Shown: piece by piece, positions 27,774 through 38,357 of the stretch
How positions within the stretch are numbered: the first letter of the stretch is position 1
Layout: every line of letters starts with the position of its first letter
Assembly: GCA_025453675.1 (NCBI GenBank)
Contig: JALOPW010000002.1
Location: 17,913 to 81,912, forward strand
Direction: 5' to 3'
DNA: 64,000 bases
Source of the DNA: Methanolinea sp.
GTDB taxonomy: Archaea > Halobacteriota > Methanomicrobia > Methanomicrobiales > Methanospirillaceae
The notes under the pieces: generated by a model
The model's database searches: none
The model's input: the letters and a program-made list of their open reading frames with translations, nothing else
What the model was told of the DNA's origin: nothing
Translations under genes and position numbers: made by a program

Positions 27774-29438
27774 GTGCCACTCAAAGTTCCGGACCTCAAG
27801 GGGATCACTGACCGCCTCAAACCGGTGAAAGGGAAGGACGAGATAGACACCACGCCACCGGACTATTCTTTTCCAGGTTTCTTATCCCGGAAAAAAGCCG
27901 CATCATCGTTTCCCGAGTACGACTTTGGGGTCCACGGCCCCCTTGTTGAAGCCAGGATTCCCGATGGATACCGGGAGGTCGAACGGTACTGGGTGGATGA
28001 GGGCAGGTCCCTCGTGGATATCGCGTTAAACGAGAACACCAACCAGTATGAGTATCTCCTCTATGAGCCCAGCCTCTCGGAATTCGAATACGAGCTCCTG
28101 GAGCGGATTCACGAGGACATGCGTTCGGCGCTCATCCTCACCGACGATGAACTCGGGAAAGACAGGCGTACCCTGCTGATGGAGAAGATGCAGTCGCTCC
28201 TCCACGAGTACGGCATCAGCCTGGAGGAGGGGAGTCTCTTCCGCCTGCAGTATTTCCTGGTCCGGAATTTCATCGGCTGGGGACGGATCGAGGCCCTGAT
28301 GAAGGACCCCTACCTCGAGGACATCTCCTGCGACGGGAACCAGATCCCCATATTCCTCTATCACCGCAAGTACCGGAATGTCAAGACGAACATCAGGTTC
28401 GAGGCGGAGGTCCTCAACTCCCTCGCCATCACCCTCGCACAGCGGTCCGGCAAGCACATCTCCACCGGCACCCCCATGCTCGATGCTACCCTCCCCGACG
28501 GGTCAAGGCTCCAGCTGACACTCGGGACAGAGGTGACTACCAGGGGCACCTCGTTCACCATCCGGAAGTTCCGGGAGGATCCCTTCTCCCCGGTCGAGCT
28601 CGCGGAATACCGCACCTTCAATGCCGATGAGCTGGTGTACTTCTGGATAGCCATCGAGAACAACAAGAGCCTCCTCTTCATCGGGGGGACTGCATCGGGA
28701 AAGACCTCATCCCTCAACGCCGTCTCCCTCTTCATCCCCCCCATGGCCAAGGTGGTGAGCATCGAGGATACCCGGGAGATCACCCTTTTCCATGAGAACT
28801 GGATCGCCAGCGTAACAAGGGAGACAGTGGCAGAAGGGTCAAACATCATCTCCATGTTCGATCTCCTCAGGGCCGCCATGCGCCAGAGGCCCGAGTATAT
28901 CCTGGTCGGGGAGGTCAGGGGAGTTGAGGCCCAGACCCTCTTCCAGGCCATGAACACCGGGCACACCACCTTCTCCACCATGCACGCAGGGAGCGTGGAT
29001 GCGGCTATTCACCGGCTGGAGAACGAGCCCCTCAATGTCCCGAGGAACATGGTCACTGCCCTGAATATCGTGAGCGTGCAGGCCCTCATCTACAGGGGCA
29101 CGGAAAGGGTGCGGCGGTGCCTGGAGATCGTGGAGATCGCAGGGATCGATCCATCGACAGGGAATCTCCGTGTCAACACGGTCTTTGAATATGATCCCAT
29201 CCGCGACCTGTTCAACTACAAGGGGAGGTCGCATATCTATGCTGACATCGCCGAACGGAGGGGATGGAGCAGGGAACAACTGGAACAGGAGATTGCCTCC
29301 AGGAAGAAGATACTGGAAGCCATGGAGCACCAGAAGATCATCGATTACAAACGTGTATCGCGTATCTTCCAGGCCTACAGCATCAACCCGTCACGAGTGA
29401 TTGAGAACCTGGAGAACCTCTCCCGAGTACTTGAATGA
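27774..29438 (+). CDS. Type IV pilus/archaellum-family assembly ATPase (FlaI/ArlI- or PilB-like, GspE/VirB11 superfamily)
   Basis: Archaeal N-terminal domain (YEYLLYEPSLSEFEYELLERI), Walker A GGTASGKTSSLNA, Walker B ILVGEVRG, and His box TFSTMHAG. The ORF is open from 27462, but its first ~100 codons overlap the divergent gene and promoter region, so the start is set at GTG 27774 (uncertain). Confidence 0.88.
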   Translation: MPLKVPDLKGITDRLKPVKGKDEIDTTPPDYSFPGFLSRKKAASSFPEYDFGVHGPLVEARIPDGYREVERYWVDEGRSLVDIALNENTNQYEYLLYEPSLSEFEYELLERIHEDMRSALILTDDELGKDRRTLLMEKMQSLLHEYGISLEEGSLFRLQYFLVRNFIGWGRIEALMKDPYLEDISCDGNQIPIFLYHRKYRNVKTNIRFEAEVLNSLAITLAQRSGKHISTGTPMLDATLPDGSRLQLTLGTEVTTRGTSFTIRKFREDPFSPVELAEYRTFNADELVYFWIAIENNKSLLFIGGTASGKTSSLNAVSLFIPPMAKVVSIEDTREITLFHENWIASVTRETVAEGSNIISMFDLLRAAMRQRPEYILVGEVRGVEAQTLFQAMNTGHTTFSTMHAGSVDAAIHRLENEPLNVPRNMVTALNIVSVQALIYRGTERVRRCLEIVEIAGIDPSTGNLRVNTVFEYDPIRDLFNYKGRSHIYADIAERRGWSREQLEQEIASRKKILEAMEHQKIIDYKRVSRIFQAYSINPSRVIENLENLSRVLE

Positions 29439-31369
29439 TCTTCAATGCCCTGATCCGGAGAAGGATCAAGCGTAATCCGCTGCGCTACCAGAGCCTCCAG
29501 GATAACCTCATCTCAGCCCGGGCAGGAGTGACACTTGAGCGTTACCTGGTCCGCTCCATCGAGACTGCTCTCCTTGCAGGCATCGGGTTTGCAGCCTTTG
29601 GATTCTGGGTGACCGGGTTACTCGCCTTCAGTGCCAAGACGGGCGGGTATATCCATCTCTACAATGTATTCAGTCTCCCTCTCCCGCAGGATCTGGACCC
29701 CACATCCCCCCATATTGTCATTGCCCAGATAGTGGCCGCATTGATCGCATTCCTGGCAGGATCGCTCTTCATTTACACCGTTGCCCGGAAATACCCCGGA
29801 TTACAGAGGGGCAACCGGGCGACCAAGATCAATCTCACCCTCCACAACGCCGTGGCCTACATGTTCGCCATGAGGAAAGGCGGGGCCCAGCTGATGACCA
29901 TCTTCAGGTCCCTCTCCGAGAACGCCAAGATCTACGGCGAGGTGGCCCTTGAGTTCAGGCAGGTGGTAAGGGATGCTGATTTTTTCGGGTATGACGTGGT
30001 CACTGCACTCCGTCACCTGATGGAGACCACTCCCTCGGAGAAGCTCAAGCAGTTCCTGGAGGACATGATCTCGGTGATAGAGAGCGGGGGGGACCTTGTG
30101 AGTTTCCTCTCCGGCAGGGTCCGGCTCTACCAGGAGGAGGCCAGGTTCGAGCAGAAGCAGTTTCTCCAGTTCCTCTCCCTGGTCGCCGAATCCTACGTAA
30201 CCCTCTTCGTGGCCGGACCACTCTTCCTGATCATCATCATGGTGGTGATGGGGATGATGGGAGGGGTGGCCATCCTGCAGCTGACCGCAGTGATCTACCT
30301 GGTCTTTCCCATCGGGTCTGCGGTTTTCATCCTGCTTATCGACATCATATCCCTCAAGACCGAGACGGTTGAGCGCTTTGTCAGGGCCAAGTGGCTGCAC
30401 GAATACAGCGATGTGAACGTCTACCACCGGGAGGGAGAGGAGCATTTCTTCACCCGCCTGGTTCATTATGACCGGGTAAGAAACGCACGGCAGTTCATAC
30501 GCCACCCGTTCGAGGCATTCCAGAAGAACTACAATCTGACACTCTTCATCACCGTTCCCCTGGCCCTCATCTATGTGGTTGCTGTCTTCTTTGTGGTACC
30601 CCAATATCAGGACATCGAGATCTATATCGACGTGGTGGATGACCACATCATGATGGCCCTGCTCATTGTCCTGCTGCCCTATGCCTTCTTCTTCGAGTTG
30701 TGGCGCCGGAACATACAGGGCATGGAATCCCTGATCCCAGAATTCCTTGACCGGATGGCAGGAATCAACCAGGTCGGCCTGACAATTGCCCAGGCCATCG
30801 GGATCATGGTGAATACCAACCTCGGGCTCCTCTCTTACGAAATTAAGCGTATCAAGCGTGATATCGACTGGGGTGCAAGTTTCTCCGACGCCCTCATACG
30901 GTTCGAGGACCGCATACGGACCCCCCTGATCGCCCGCACGGTGACCCTCATCACCAAGGCGAGCCAGATGAGCGGATCCATCGGGGACGTCCTTGCCATT
31001 GCGGCAAGTGATGCCAAGATGTCTGACCTTCTCAAGCGCGAGCGCCTCTCGGACATGTTCATTTACACTGCCATCATCTACCTCGCATTCGTCGTCTTTG
31101 TCTTCGTGGTCGCGGTGATATCAAACAACTTCATTCCAATTCTTGGCAGTGTCGACGCCGGGGGAATACCCCAGGGGACCGCCATCTCCAACGTCAGCGC
31201 CTCCTCTGTCAAAGCCATCCTGCGGCTGATGTTCCATTCGGTGGTCCTACAGGCACTCCTCTCGGGTCTCATCGCAGGGCAGATGGGGGAGGGGTCCCTG
31301 AAGGCCGGTATCAAGCATTCCTGTATCATGATGATCATCGCCCTGGTGATCTTCAATCTCTTTCTCTAA
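29435..31369 (+). CDS. Polytopic membrane platform protein, FlaJ/ArlJ / TadC (T2SS-F) family
   Basis: 644 aa with two cytoplasmic T2SSF-like domains alternating with TM bundles. ATGA overlap with the ATPase gene, the canonical ATPase-platform pairing. Confidence 0.82.
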   Translation: MIFNALIRRRIKRNPLRYQSLQDNLISARAGVTLERYLVRSIETALLAGIGFAAFGFWVTGLLAFSAKTGGYIHLYNVFSLPLPQDLDPTSPHIVIAQIVAALIAFLAGSLFIYTVARKYPGLQRGNRATKINLTLHNAVAYMFAMRKGGAQLMTIFRSLSENAKIYGEVALEFRQVVRDADFFGYDVVTALRHLMETTPSEKLKQFLEDMISVIESGGDLVSFLSGRVRLYQEEARFEQKQFLQFLSLVAESYVTLFVAGPLFLIIIMVVMGMMGGVAILQLTAVIYLVFPIGSAVFILLIDIISLKTETVERFVRAKWLHEYSDVNVYHREGEEHFFTRLVHYDRVRNARQFIRHPFEAFQKNYNLTLFITVPLALIYVVAVFFVVPQYQDIEIYIDVVDDHIMMALLIVLLPYAFFFELWRRNIQGMESLIPEFLDRMAGINQVGLTIAQAIGIMVNTNLGLLSYEIKRIKRDIDWGASFSDALIRFEDRIRTPLIARTVTLITKASQMSGSIGDVLAIAASDAKMSDLLKRERLSDMFIYTAIIYLAFVVFVFVVAVISNNFIPILGSVDAGGIPQGTAISNVSASSVKAILRLMFHSVVLQALLSGLIAGQMGEGSLKAGIKHSCIMMIIALVIFNLFL

Positions 31370-31387
31370 AAAGAGGGGGAGCAGAAA

Positions 31388-31864
31388 ATGTCTGAGAAGA
31401 GAATCCAGGTTCCGGAAGACCATCTCCTGTTGATGGAAGGGGACTCATCATTTGTACTCACAGGGCAGGCTGGATCCCGCTTCCCACTCTGTATCGAGAC
31501 GTTCGAAGAGGAGTATTGCCAGACACTCGAACCCCATCACCTGGTGGCGGTCTCTGCTCCCGAAGGGGGATCGCTCCAGGCCGCCTGGATGCTCCTGGAA
31601 CTGGTGAGGAGCCACCGCCTTCCCCTCATGGTGATGCCCCGCAATCATCCCGGTTCCCGCCGACTCCGGTATGTAGTATCGGTAGGGGAAGAGATATTCC
31701 TCTCGTGCACAATAGAGCGGGGAACGCACCCGGAGCAGCACCTCCTCTGCTCGTCGCCGGAACTGGGCGGAACCCGCATTCTCGGCACACCGTCCGGTAT
31801 TCTGATAAGGGATCTGCCAGATGACGTGAAATTAGAGATCATTTCGACACTTCCCCTGCAGTGA
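31388..31864 (+). CDS. Hypothetical soluble protein co-transcribed with the FlaI/FlaJ-like pair
   Basis: 158-aa ORF, 18 nt after the platform gene, preceded by GAGGGGGAGCAGAAA-ATG. It has no signal peptide and no class III (pilin) signal. No motif I recognise. Confidence 0.5.
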   Translation: MSEKRIQVPEDHLLLMEGDSSFVLTGQAGSRFPLCIETFEEEYCQTLEPHHLVAVSAPEGGSLQAAWMLLELVRSHRLPLMVMPRNHPGSRRLRYVVSVGEEIFLSCTIERGTHPEQHLLCSSPELGGTRILGTPSGILIRDLPDDVKLEIISTLPLQ

Positions 31865-32083
31865 ATATGGTGCAGGGGGAAGAGCCCGGATTCCTGCCCC
31901 AGGTCATGGAATAAAACTGGTCCATCCACCCTCCCTCCGATAGTGCAATCTTCCTGATATATCAAGAGATTGAGCCCTGATTTTCCCTTCTCCCATTATA
32001 ACACTCTTGTTGGTCCAAAAAAATATCAACAGATATAAGAACAATTCCGGTCTAACATTTCAGTGCCGTGAGAGGAGGGTTGG

Positions 32084-32413
32084 ATGAAGACTGAGGTTTT
32101 GAAGAACATCAAAGCGACAGAATCAGAGTACCAGAAGACGATCAGCGAGGCTCTGGCCGAAAAGAAGCGGAACAGTGCGAATGCTGAACTTGAGGCCGAC
32201 AACCTGATCATGAAAGCAACTCACGATGCCGAGGAGTACAAAAAAGCCAGGATGGCTGAGGCACGGGTGAATGCTGATAAGAGACACGGTGAGATTCTGG
32301 AGGCAGGGAAACAACGCGCTGCCGAACTGAAAGAGCGTGGCACACGCAATCTCGGCAAAGCAGTTGACCTCCTGGTGTCGCGATTCAAGGAGCGGCTCCA
32401 TGTTCACTCCTGA
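32084..32413 (+). CDS. atpH: A1AO ATP synthase subunit H
   Basis: 109-aa charged coiled-coil protein at the head of the canonical H-I-K-E-C-F-A-B-D order. GAGGAGGGTTGG precedes the ATG. Confidence 0.8.
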   Translation: MKTEVLKNIKATESEYQKTISEALAEKKRNSANAELEADNLIMKATHDAEEYKKARMAEARVNADKRHGEILEAGKQRAAELKERGTRNLGKAVDLLVSRFKERLHVHS

Positions 32414-34370
32414 AGGAATGACCCGTGTCCTGATCGCGGCCACCAAATCACAGATGGAACCGGTTATCCGGGAGATGTACCGGCAGCACCTGTTTCATAT
32501 CGAAGAATTCGTGGAGAAAGACAAGAAAGAGTATGAGGGGTACCGGATCGGCACCCCCCTCCCTCAGGCGAATGAGACATCCCGCGAATTGCTTCGGCTC
32601 CGGGGCATCAACAATGCGTTCATGATCCGTGACGAAGAGGAGGAGACAGGAGAGAGACGGAAACATGCACAGCTTACGGAACTGATCGAGCGGGAACTTC
32701 CCCCCCTGGAACAGGAGGTCGAGGATCTCCTTTCCCGGAGATCCAGGCTTGATTCGCAGATCAAGGAGTATGAACAGAAGATCGACGGATTAAAGCCTTT
32801 CAACAGCGTTCCTTTCGACCTCGAACTCCTTCGCGATTACCAGACGTTCTCTGTCTTCTGCGGATACATCTCCCGGGACCTGTCCCTGGATATTCCCCAC
32901 GAGATCTTCACCACCGAATCGAAGAAGGAGAGATTCATCGTCCTCGTGGTATCGAACCAGCATCGCAGCATTGCAGAGCATGCCCTCCAGAACGCCCAGT
33001 TCCAGGCCGTCCCATTACCTGAGGAGACGGGGCCGGCCACGAACCGGATAGGGTATTATGAGGGGCAGGTACTCTCGGTGAAGGGTGAATTCGAAGAGAT
33101 TAACCGCCGGTTGGAAGAGATCAAGAAGCAGCACAAGGCCTTTTTCCTGGCCTGCAATGAACTCCTCACTTCGGACGTGGAGATGGCCGAGGCCCCGCTC
33201 CGTTTTGCGACAACCGGTGAATCCTTCATCGTCGAGGGCTGGGTCCCGACCAAAGAACTGGATACATTCCGTCAGGGCATCCATTATGCAACAGGAGGAA
33301 AGGTCTATGTGTATGAGTTAGACCAATCCGAAGTGGAGGATGTCGCCCCCACGGAGTATCACAATGTGAGTTTTGCCAAGCCGACCGAGCTGCTGATGGA
33401 TACCTACTCCAGGCCGCGATACAGCGAACTTGATCCCACGCTGCTCGTCTCGATTATCTTCCCGATTTTCTTCGGGATCATCCTCGGTGACGTGGGATAT
33501 GGTATCATTCTCCTGGTCCTTAGCCTTGGACTCCGGAAATTTATCACCGGCGACGAGGGGAAAAGGCTCCTCAATGTCCTTCGGAACGCCAGCATATCAA
33601 GCATCATATTCGGTATCCTTTTCAGCGAGTGTTTCGGATTTGCACTCCCCTGGAGTTCCATCCTGTTCTCCAGGCACCTGAATATCGGCGGACACGCGGG
33701 CGGCCATGGCCCTGATGTGACCTCCCTTATGATGATGGCTATCTGGATCGGGATACTGCAGATCACGCTCGGTCGAATGCTCGGAATGGCCAACCATGCC
33801 AGGCAGGACCATGGTTCCCACCGCATAAAGGCGGTAATGGCAAACCTTGGGTGGATCATGGTGCTCTGGGGCATCTTATTCATGCTCTGGGCAGCATTTC
33901 CTATGCCCCTGATGCCCGATTTCACCGAATTGCCCGGGGTAGTGATGGGACTGAACCTCTCATCGATCCTCGGGATAGTCCTGATACTCCTTGGTGTCAT
34001 CTTCATCGTGCGTGATTCCGCCCTTGAGATCGTGGAATTGCCCACCATCCTGAGCCATACACTATCGTATGCCCGTCTCGTCGGAGTGGGACTCTCATCT
34101 GTGGCAATCGCCATGGTGGTGAATTTCATCGCTATCGGCCTGATCATCGAACCCCAACTGGAGTCACTGACTGCATTCGGGGTGATCGTCATCATCATGG
34201 GTGCGCTGGTCTTTGTCATCGGGCATCTCCTGAACACCATCCTCGGGATGCTCGGTGGAGGGCTTCAGTCCCTCAGGTTACAGTATGTCGAATTCTTCAC
34301 CAAGTTCTACAAAGGTGGAGGCAAGAAATACACCCCCTTCGGGATGAAAAAGAGATTTTTGGAGGATTAA
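32400..34370 (+). CDS. atpI: A1AO ATP synthase subunit I (stator a-subunit)
   Basis: Soluble N-terminal half plus a C-terminal 7-8 TM domain containing LSHTLSYARLVG (conserved Arg). ATG at 32400 (the ORF track starts at 32337). Confidence 0.92.
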   Translation: MFTPEGMTRVLIAATKSQMEPVIREMYRQHLFHIEEFVEKDKKEYEGYRIGTPLPQANETSRELLRLRGINNAFMIRDEEEETGERRKHAQLTELIERELPPLEQEVEDLLSRRSRLDSQIKEYEQKIDGLKPFNSVPFDLELLRDYQTFSVFCGYISRDLSLDIPHEIFTTESKKERFIVLVVSNQHRSIAEHALQNAQFQAVPLPEETGPATNRIGYYEGQVLSVKGEFEEINRRLEEIKKQHKAFFLACNELLTSDVEMAEAPLRFATTGESFIVEGWVPTKELDTFRQGIHYATGGKVYVYELDQSEVEDVAPTEYHNVSFAKPTELLMDTYSRPRYSELDPTLLVSIIFPIFFGIILGDVGYGIILLVLSLGLRKFITGDEGKRLLNVLRNASISSIIFGILFSECFGFALPWSSILFSRHLNIGGHAGGHGPDVTSLMMMAIWIGILQITLGRMLGMANHARQDHGSHRIKAVMANLGWIMVLWGILFMLWAAFPMPLMPDFTELPGVVMGLNLSSILGIVLILLGVIFIVRDSALEIVELPTILSHTLSYARLVGVGLSSVAIAMVVNFIAIGLIIEPQLESLTAFGVIVIIMGALVFVIGHLLNTILGMLGGGLQSLRLQYVEFFTKFYKGGGKKYTPFGMKKRFLED

Positions 34371-34371
34371 A

Positions 34372-34641
34372 ATGGCAGATGCAGCAACAGCAGTAGCAAC
34401 AACCGAAATGACAGTGGAAATGATCAAGGCATCACAGATTGGAATGAAAGCACTCGGCGCAAGTATCGCTGTCGGTTCCACTGGTATCGCGACTGGACTC
34501 GCTGAGATGGCTATCGGATCCGCAGCAGTGGGCGCCACGGCCGAGAACAAGGATGTTTTTGGACTGGTGCTTCTTCTGACTGTTATTCCTGAGACTATCG
34601 TGATCTTCGGTCTCGTGGTCGCGCTCCTATTATTATTCTAG
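34372..34641 (+). CDS. atpK: A1AO ATP synthase subunit K (proteolipid c, single hairpin)
   Basis: 89 aa with two TM helices. The ion-binding carboxylate lies in TVIPETIVIFGLVVAL. Confidence 0.92.
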   Translation: MADAATAVATTEMTVEMIKASQIGMKALGASIAVGSTGIATGLAEMAIGSAAVGATAENKDVFGLVLLLTVIPETIVIFGLVVALLLLF

Positions 34642-34651
34642 GGAGCTGACC

Positions 34652-35230
34652 ATGGGATTGGAGACAGTCCTTGCAGAAATCCGTGAGAAAGGGCAGCGGG
34701 AAGTGCAGAGGTTAAGGAGCGAGAGCCAGCAGGAGACCACCAGGGTGCTCTCGGCTGCACAGGAGCGTGCAGGGAAAATCAAGCAGGTTGCCAGCGACGA
34801 GGCCGACAAGCAGACGGGTTACATCCTCTCACAGGAGATCTCGGCTGCCAATCTCCTGGTCAAACGGGAGCTTCTGAATACCCAGAAGGAACTCCTGGAC
34901 CAGGTCTACCAGAAAGCCCTTATCTCAATTTCGGGTTTGCCCGAAAGTTTCCATGGGGATGCGATTACCCGCCTTCTCTTCGAGGCTAAAACGCAGATTC
35001 CCGAGGGAATCGTTCGCGTGAACCGGCGTGACCGGAAGATCCTTGAACAGGTCATCTCGGGCAATCCCGAGTTCAAGGTATTCTCTGTGGGAGCGGATGC
35101 GGATATCGAAGGGGGCGTTATTGTCGAGAGCAGGGACGGGACTCTGCAGCTTGATCTCAGTTATCGGACATTCCTCGATATGATCTGGGAATCGGGACTC
35201 AAAGATGCATCAGACTTGCTCTTCAAATAA
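34652..35230 (+). CDS. atpE: A1AO ATP synthase subunit E
   Basis: 192 aa with an N-terminal long charged helix and a C-terminal globular domain. Position in the operon supports the call. Confidence 0.9.
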   Translation: MGLETVLAEIREKGQREVQRLRSESQQETTRVLSAAQERAGKIKQVASDEADKQTGYILSQEISAANLLVKRELLNTQKELLDQVYQKALISISGLPESFHGDAITRLLFEAKTQIPEGIVRVNRRDRKILEQVISGNPEFKVFSVGADADIEGGVIVESRDGTLQLDLSYRTFLDMIWESGLKDASDLLFK

Positions 35231-35242
35231 TGGGAGGGTTTT

Positions 35243-36298
35243 ATGGCAGAAGTGAGAGGTGGTCCCGTACCATACATTTATGTCTGTACCAGGATGCGGG
35301 TGCGAAAGTCCAAGCTCATTCCCCGCGAGGAGTACTTGCGGATGCTGAACATGGGGCTTTCAGAGATCACCCGGTTCATCGAAGAGACCCAGTATAAAAA
35401 GGAGATTGATGAACTCGCCACTGTGTTCCATGGTATCGACCTCATTGAGATCGCGCTCAGCTGGAACCTGGCAAAGGAGTATCAGAATATCCAGAAGATA
35501 ACTCCCGGAACTCTGAAAGACCTGACCAGGGCTTACCTTCGTCGATGGGATATCCAGAACATCCTCACTATCATCAGGGGGAAACTTCACAATGAGCGGC
35601 CAGGGAAGATCAAGGAGGTTCTCGTTCCTGCTGGGGAACTTGACAAAGCATTCCTCGACCGCATGATCGAGGAGCCTACACCCGAGCGGATTATCGAGAG
35701 CCTGAAAGGCAAGGCGGAATATCCGCTCCTCTCCAGGTTGTTCGAAGGCGGGGTCAGGGAGGAACTTCTGCCGAAAGCGGAGAACGAGCTCTACAAGCAG
35801 TTCTATGCCGATCTCATCGCGATGGCCAGAAGCGGTATCAAGGGTGGACGACAGTTCCTGAACTACATTACCTTTGATATCGACATCACCAACATCCGTA
35901 ACATGTTCAGGTTCCGGGCCGACCAGTCCAGTGAGGATATCACTATAGCGATTATCCCCGATGGGACAATCCCCCCTCACGAGATAAAAAGGATTATGCA
36001 AATCAGGGACCAAAATGAGTTCATTGACGAGCTGGTTCGCCTTGTTCGGGTCAGGGTTCTCCTTGATTTGCTGGAGACACTTCGAAAGGAGAAGTCAATT
36101 CGCGAGATCGAGATCGATCTGATCAAAGTCCAGCTGGCCGAGATGGAGACGATGTCCAAACTGCATCCGTTCTCCATCCATCCCATCCTTGCCTACCTGG
36201 AGATGAAAAAGTATGAGATCTTCAATCTCCGTGCCCTGGCACGAGGGAAAGAATCGAATCTCTCTTCCGACAGGATCAAAGGGTACCTGGTGATGTAA
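35243..36298 (+). CDS. atpC: A1AO ATP synthase subunit C
   Basis: 351-aa all-helical protein. Position in the operon supports the call. Confidence 0.9.
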   Translation: MAEVRGGPVPYIYVCTRMRVRKSKLIPREEYLRMLNMGLSEITRFIEETQYKKEIDELATVFHGIDLIEIALSWNLAKEYQNIQKITPGTLKDLTRAYLRRWDIQNILTIIRGKLHNERPGKIKEVLVPAGELDKAFLDRMIEEPTPERIIESLKGKAEYPLLSRLFEGGVREELLPKAENELYKQFYADLIAMARSGIKGGRQFLNYITFDIDITNIRNMFRFRADQSSEDITIAIIPDGTIPPHEIKRIMQIRDQNEFIDELVRLVRVRVLLDLLETLRKEKSIREIEIDLIKVQLAEMETMSKLHPFSIHPILAYLEMKKYEIFNLRALARGKESNLSSDRIKGYLVM

Positions 36299-36600
36299 TG
36301 GAGATCGCAGTCATTGGAAACCAGGAGTTCATCCTTGGCTTCAGGCTCGCCGGCATACGCAAGACCTTCCCTGTAGAGAGCGATGAGAGACTCGTGGAAC
36401 ATATCAACCGTGCCCTTGAAGATCCCGAGGTGGGGATCCTGGTGCTGCAGAGCGGGGACTTAAAGAAGATACCCAGGCGCCTGCAGATGACCCTGGAGGA
36501 GTCGGTGAAGCCTACGGTGATCACCATCGGGGCAGAGGAGGGGGGATTGACCATGAGGGAGAGAATTAAGCGTTCAGTGGGTGTTGACCTGTGGAAGTGA
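36298..36600 (+). CDS. atpF: A1AO ATP synthase subunit F
   Basis: 100 aa. [20 protein letters not shown] is typical of subunit F. Confidence 0.9.
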   Translation: MEIAVIGNQEFILGFRLAGIRKTFPVESDERLVEHINRALEDPEVGILVLQSGDLKKIPRRLQMTLEESVKPTVITIGAEEGGLTMRERIKRSVGVDLWK

Positions 36601-38357
36601 AGACAGAGAAGACAAAAAGTGATACAGCAGGAGTTCTGAAAAGAATTGCCGGTCCTGTGGTCACCGCCGTGGGAATTAATGCCCACATGTACGATGTGGT
36701 GAAGGTCGGCAAAGAAGAGCTCATGGGAGAAGTGATCAAGATCCAGGGAGAGAACATCATCATCCAGGTGTATGAGGATACTTCAGGTATCAGACCCGGT
36801 GAGCCGGTGACCAATACCGGGCTCTCCCTGGCGGTGGAACTCGGGCCGGGACTGCTGACCAGTATTTATGACGGTATCCAGCGTCCCCTCTCCGTGCTGG
36901 TGGACAAGATGGGAGATTTCATCCAGCGGGGAGTCTCTGCCCCGGGGCTCGATCATGCCAAAAAGTGGGAGTTCAAGCCCCTGGTAAGGGAAGGGGCGAA
37001 AGTCTCACCGGGAAGCATCATCGGGGAGGTTCAGGAGACCAATATTGTGCACCGCATCATGATCCCGCCCAACATGAAGGGCGGCACGGTGCAGAGCATA
37101 AAGGCTGGATCCTTCACGGTCGACGAGGTGATCTGTACTCTCGACAACGGAACCCAGGTCTCCATGATGCAGAAATGGCCGGTCCGTGTTCCAAGGCCGG
37201 TGAACGAGAAGATGAACCCGACTGTCCCCCTGATCACCGGGCAGCGTATCCTGGACGGGTTGTTCCCCATTGCAAAGGGGGGGACAGCCGCCATTCCGGG
37301 ACCATTCGGGAGTGGAAAGACTGTCACCCAGCAGCAACTCGCAAAGTGGAGCGATGCGGAGATAGTGGTCTACATCGGGTGCGGAGAGCGCGGCAACGAG
37401 ATGACAGAGGTGCTGACCGAGTTCCCCGAGCTCGAGGACCCGAAGACCGGCAAACCCCTGATGGAGCGGACCGTGCTGATCGCCAATACCAGCAACATGC
37501 CTGTGGCCGCACGTGAGGCATCAGTATACACCGGTATCACCATCGCCGAGTATTTCAGGGATATGGGGTACGACGTCTCCCTCATGGCCGACTCCACCTC
37601 CCGGTGGGCAGAAGCTATGCGTGAGATCTCGTCCCGTCTTGAGGAGATGCCGGGAGAAGAAGGCTATCCCGCCTACCTGGCAGCCCGCCTCTCGGAGTTC
37701 TACGAGAGGGCAGGAAGGGTGAAAACCCTTGGAGGGAGCATGGGATCGGTATCGGTCATTGGAGCCGTCTCGCCTCCTGGTGGGGACTTCTCCGAGCCCG
37801 TCACCCAGAATACGCTCCGTATCGTGAAGGTTTTCTGGGCGCTCGACGCCAAGCTCTCGCAGCGCAGGCACTTCCCGGCCATCAACTGGCTCAACTCCTA
37901 CTCGCTCTATCTCGACAGCCTGCATGACTGGTACGACAAGGAGGTCTCACCAGAATGGAACACCATCCGTTCCTGGGCCATGGAGATCCTCCAGAAAGAG
38001 GCGGAACTACAGGAGATCGTGCAGCTGGTGGGATCCGATGCCCTGCCCGAGGCAGAGCAGATCACCATCGAGGTGGCAAGGATGATCCGCGAGATCTTCC
38101 TGCAGCAGAACGCCTACGACGCGGTGGACACCTTCTGCGACATGAAGAAGCAGTACGACATGATGAAGGCAATCCGGCAGTACTCGGACCTGGCCTACGC
38201 CGCCCAGAGTGCAGGGGTGACCCCCCAGCAGATCGTGACAATCAAGTCCAAGAATGACCTGCCCCAGATCAAGTTCATCAAGGACTACACACCTGCACTG
38301 CAGAAGATCCTGAGTGAAATGGAAGCAGAATTCAACGCACTGAGGTCGTCGGCATGA
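36591..38357 (+). CDS. atpA: A1AO ATP synthase catalytic subunit A
   Basis: 588 aa with P-loop GPFGSGKTV. No intein insertion. GTG start. Confidence 0.97.
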   Translation: MEVKTEKTKSDTAGVLKRIAGPVVTAVGINAHMYDVVKVGKEELMGEVIKIQGENIIIQVYEDTSGIRPGEPVTNTGLSLAVELGPGLLTSIYDGIQRPLSVLVDKMGDFIQRGVSAPGLDHAKKWEFKPLVREGAKVSPGSIIGEVQETNIVHRIMIPPNMKGGTVQSIKAGSFTVDEVICTLDNGTQVSMMQKWPVRVPRPVNEKMNPTVPLITGQRILDGLFPIAKGGTAAIPGPFGSGKTVTQQQLAKWSDAEIVVYIGCGERGNEMTEVLTEFPELEDPKTGKPLMERTVLIANTSNMPVAAREASVYTGITIAEYFRDMGYDVSLMADSTSRWAEAMREISSRLEEMPGEEGYPAYLAARLSEFYERAGRVKTLGGSMGSVSVIGAVSPPGGDFSEPVTQNTLRIVKVFWALDAKLSQRRHFPAINWLNSYSLYLDSLHDWYDKEVSPEWNTIRSWAMEILQKEAELQEIVQLVGSDALPEAEQITIEVARMIREIFLQQNAYDAVDTFCDMKKQYDMMKAIRQYSDLAYAAQSAGVTPQQIVTIKSKNDLPQIKFIKDYTPALQKILSEMEAEFNALRSSA

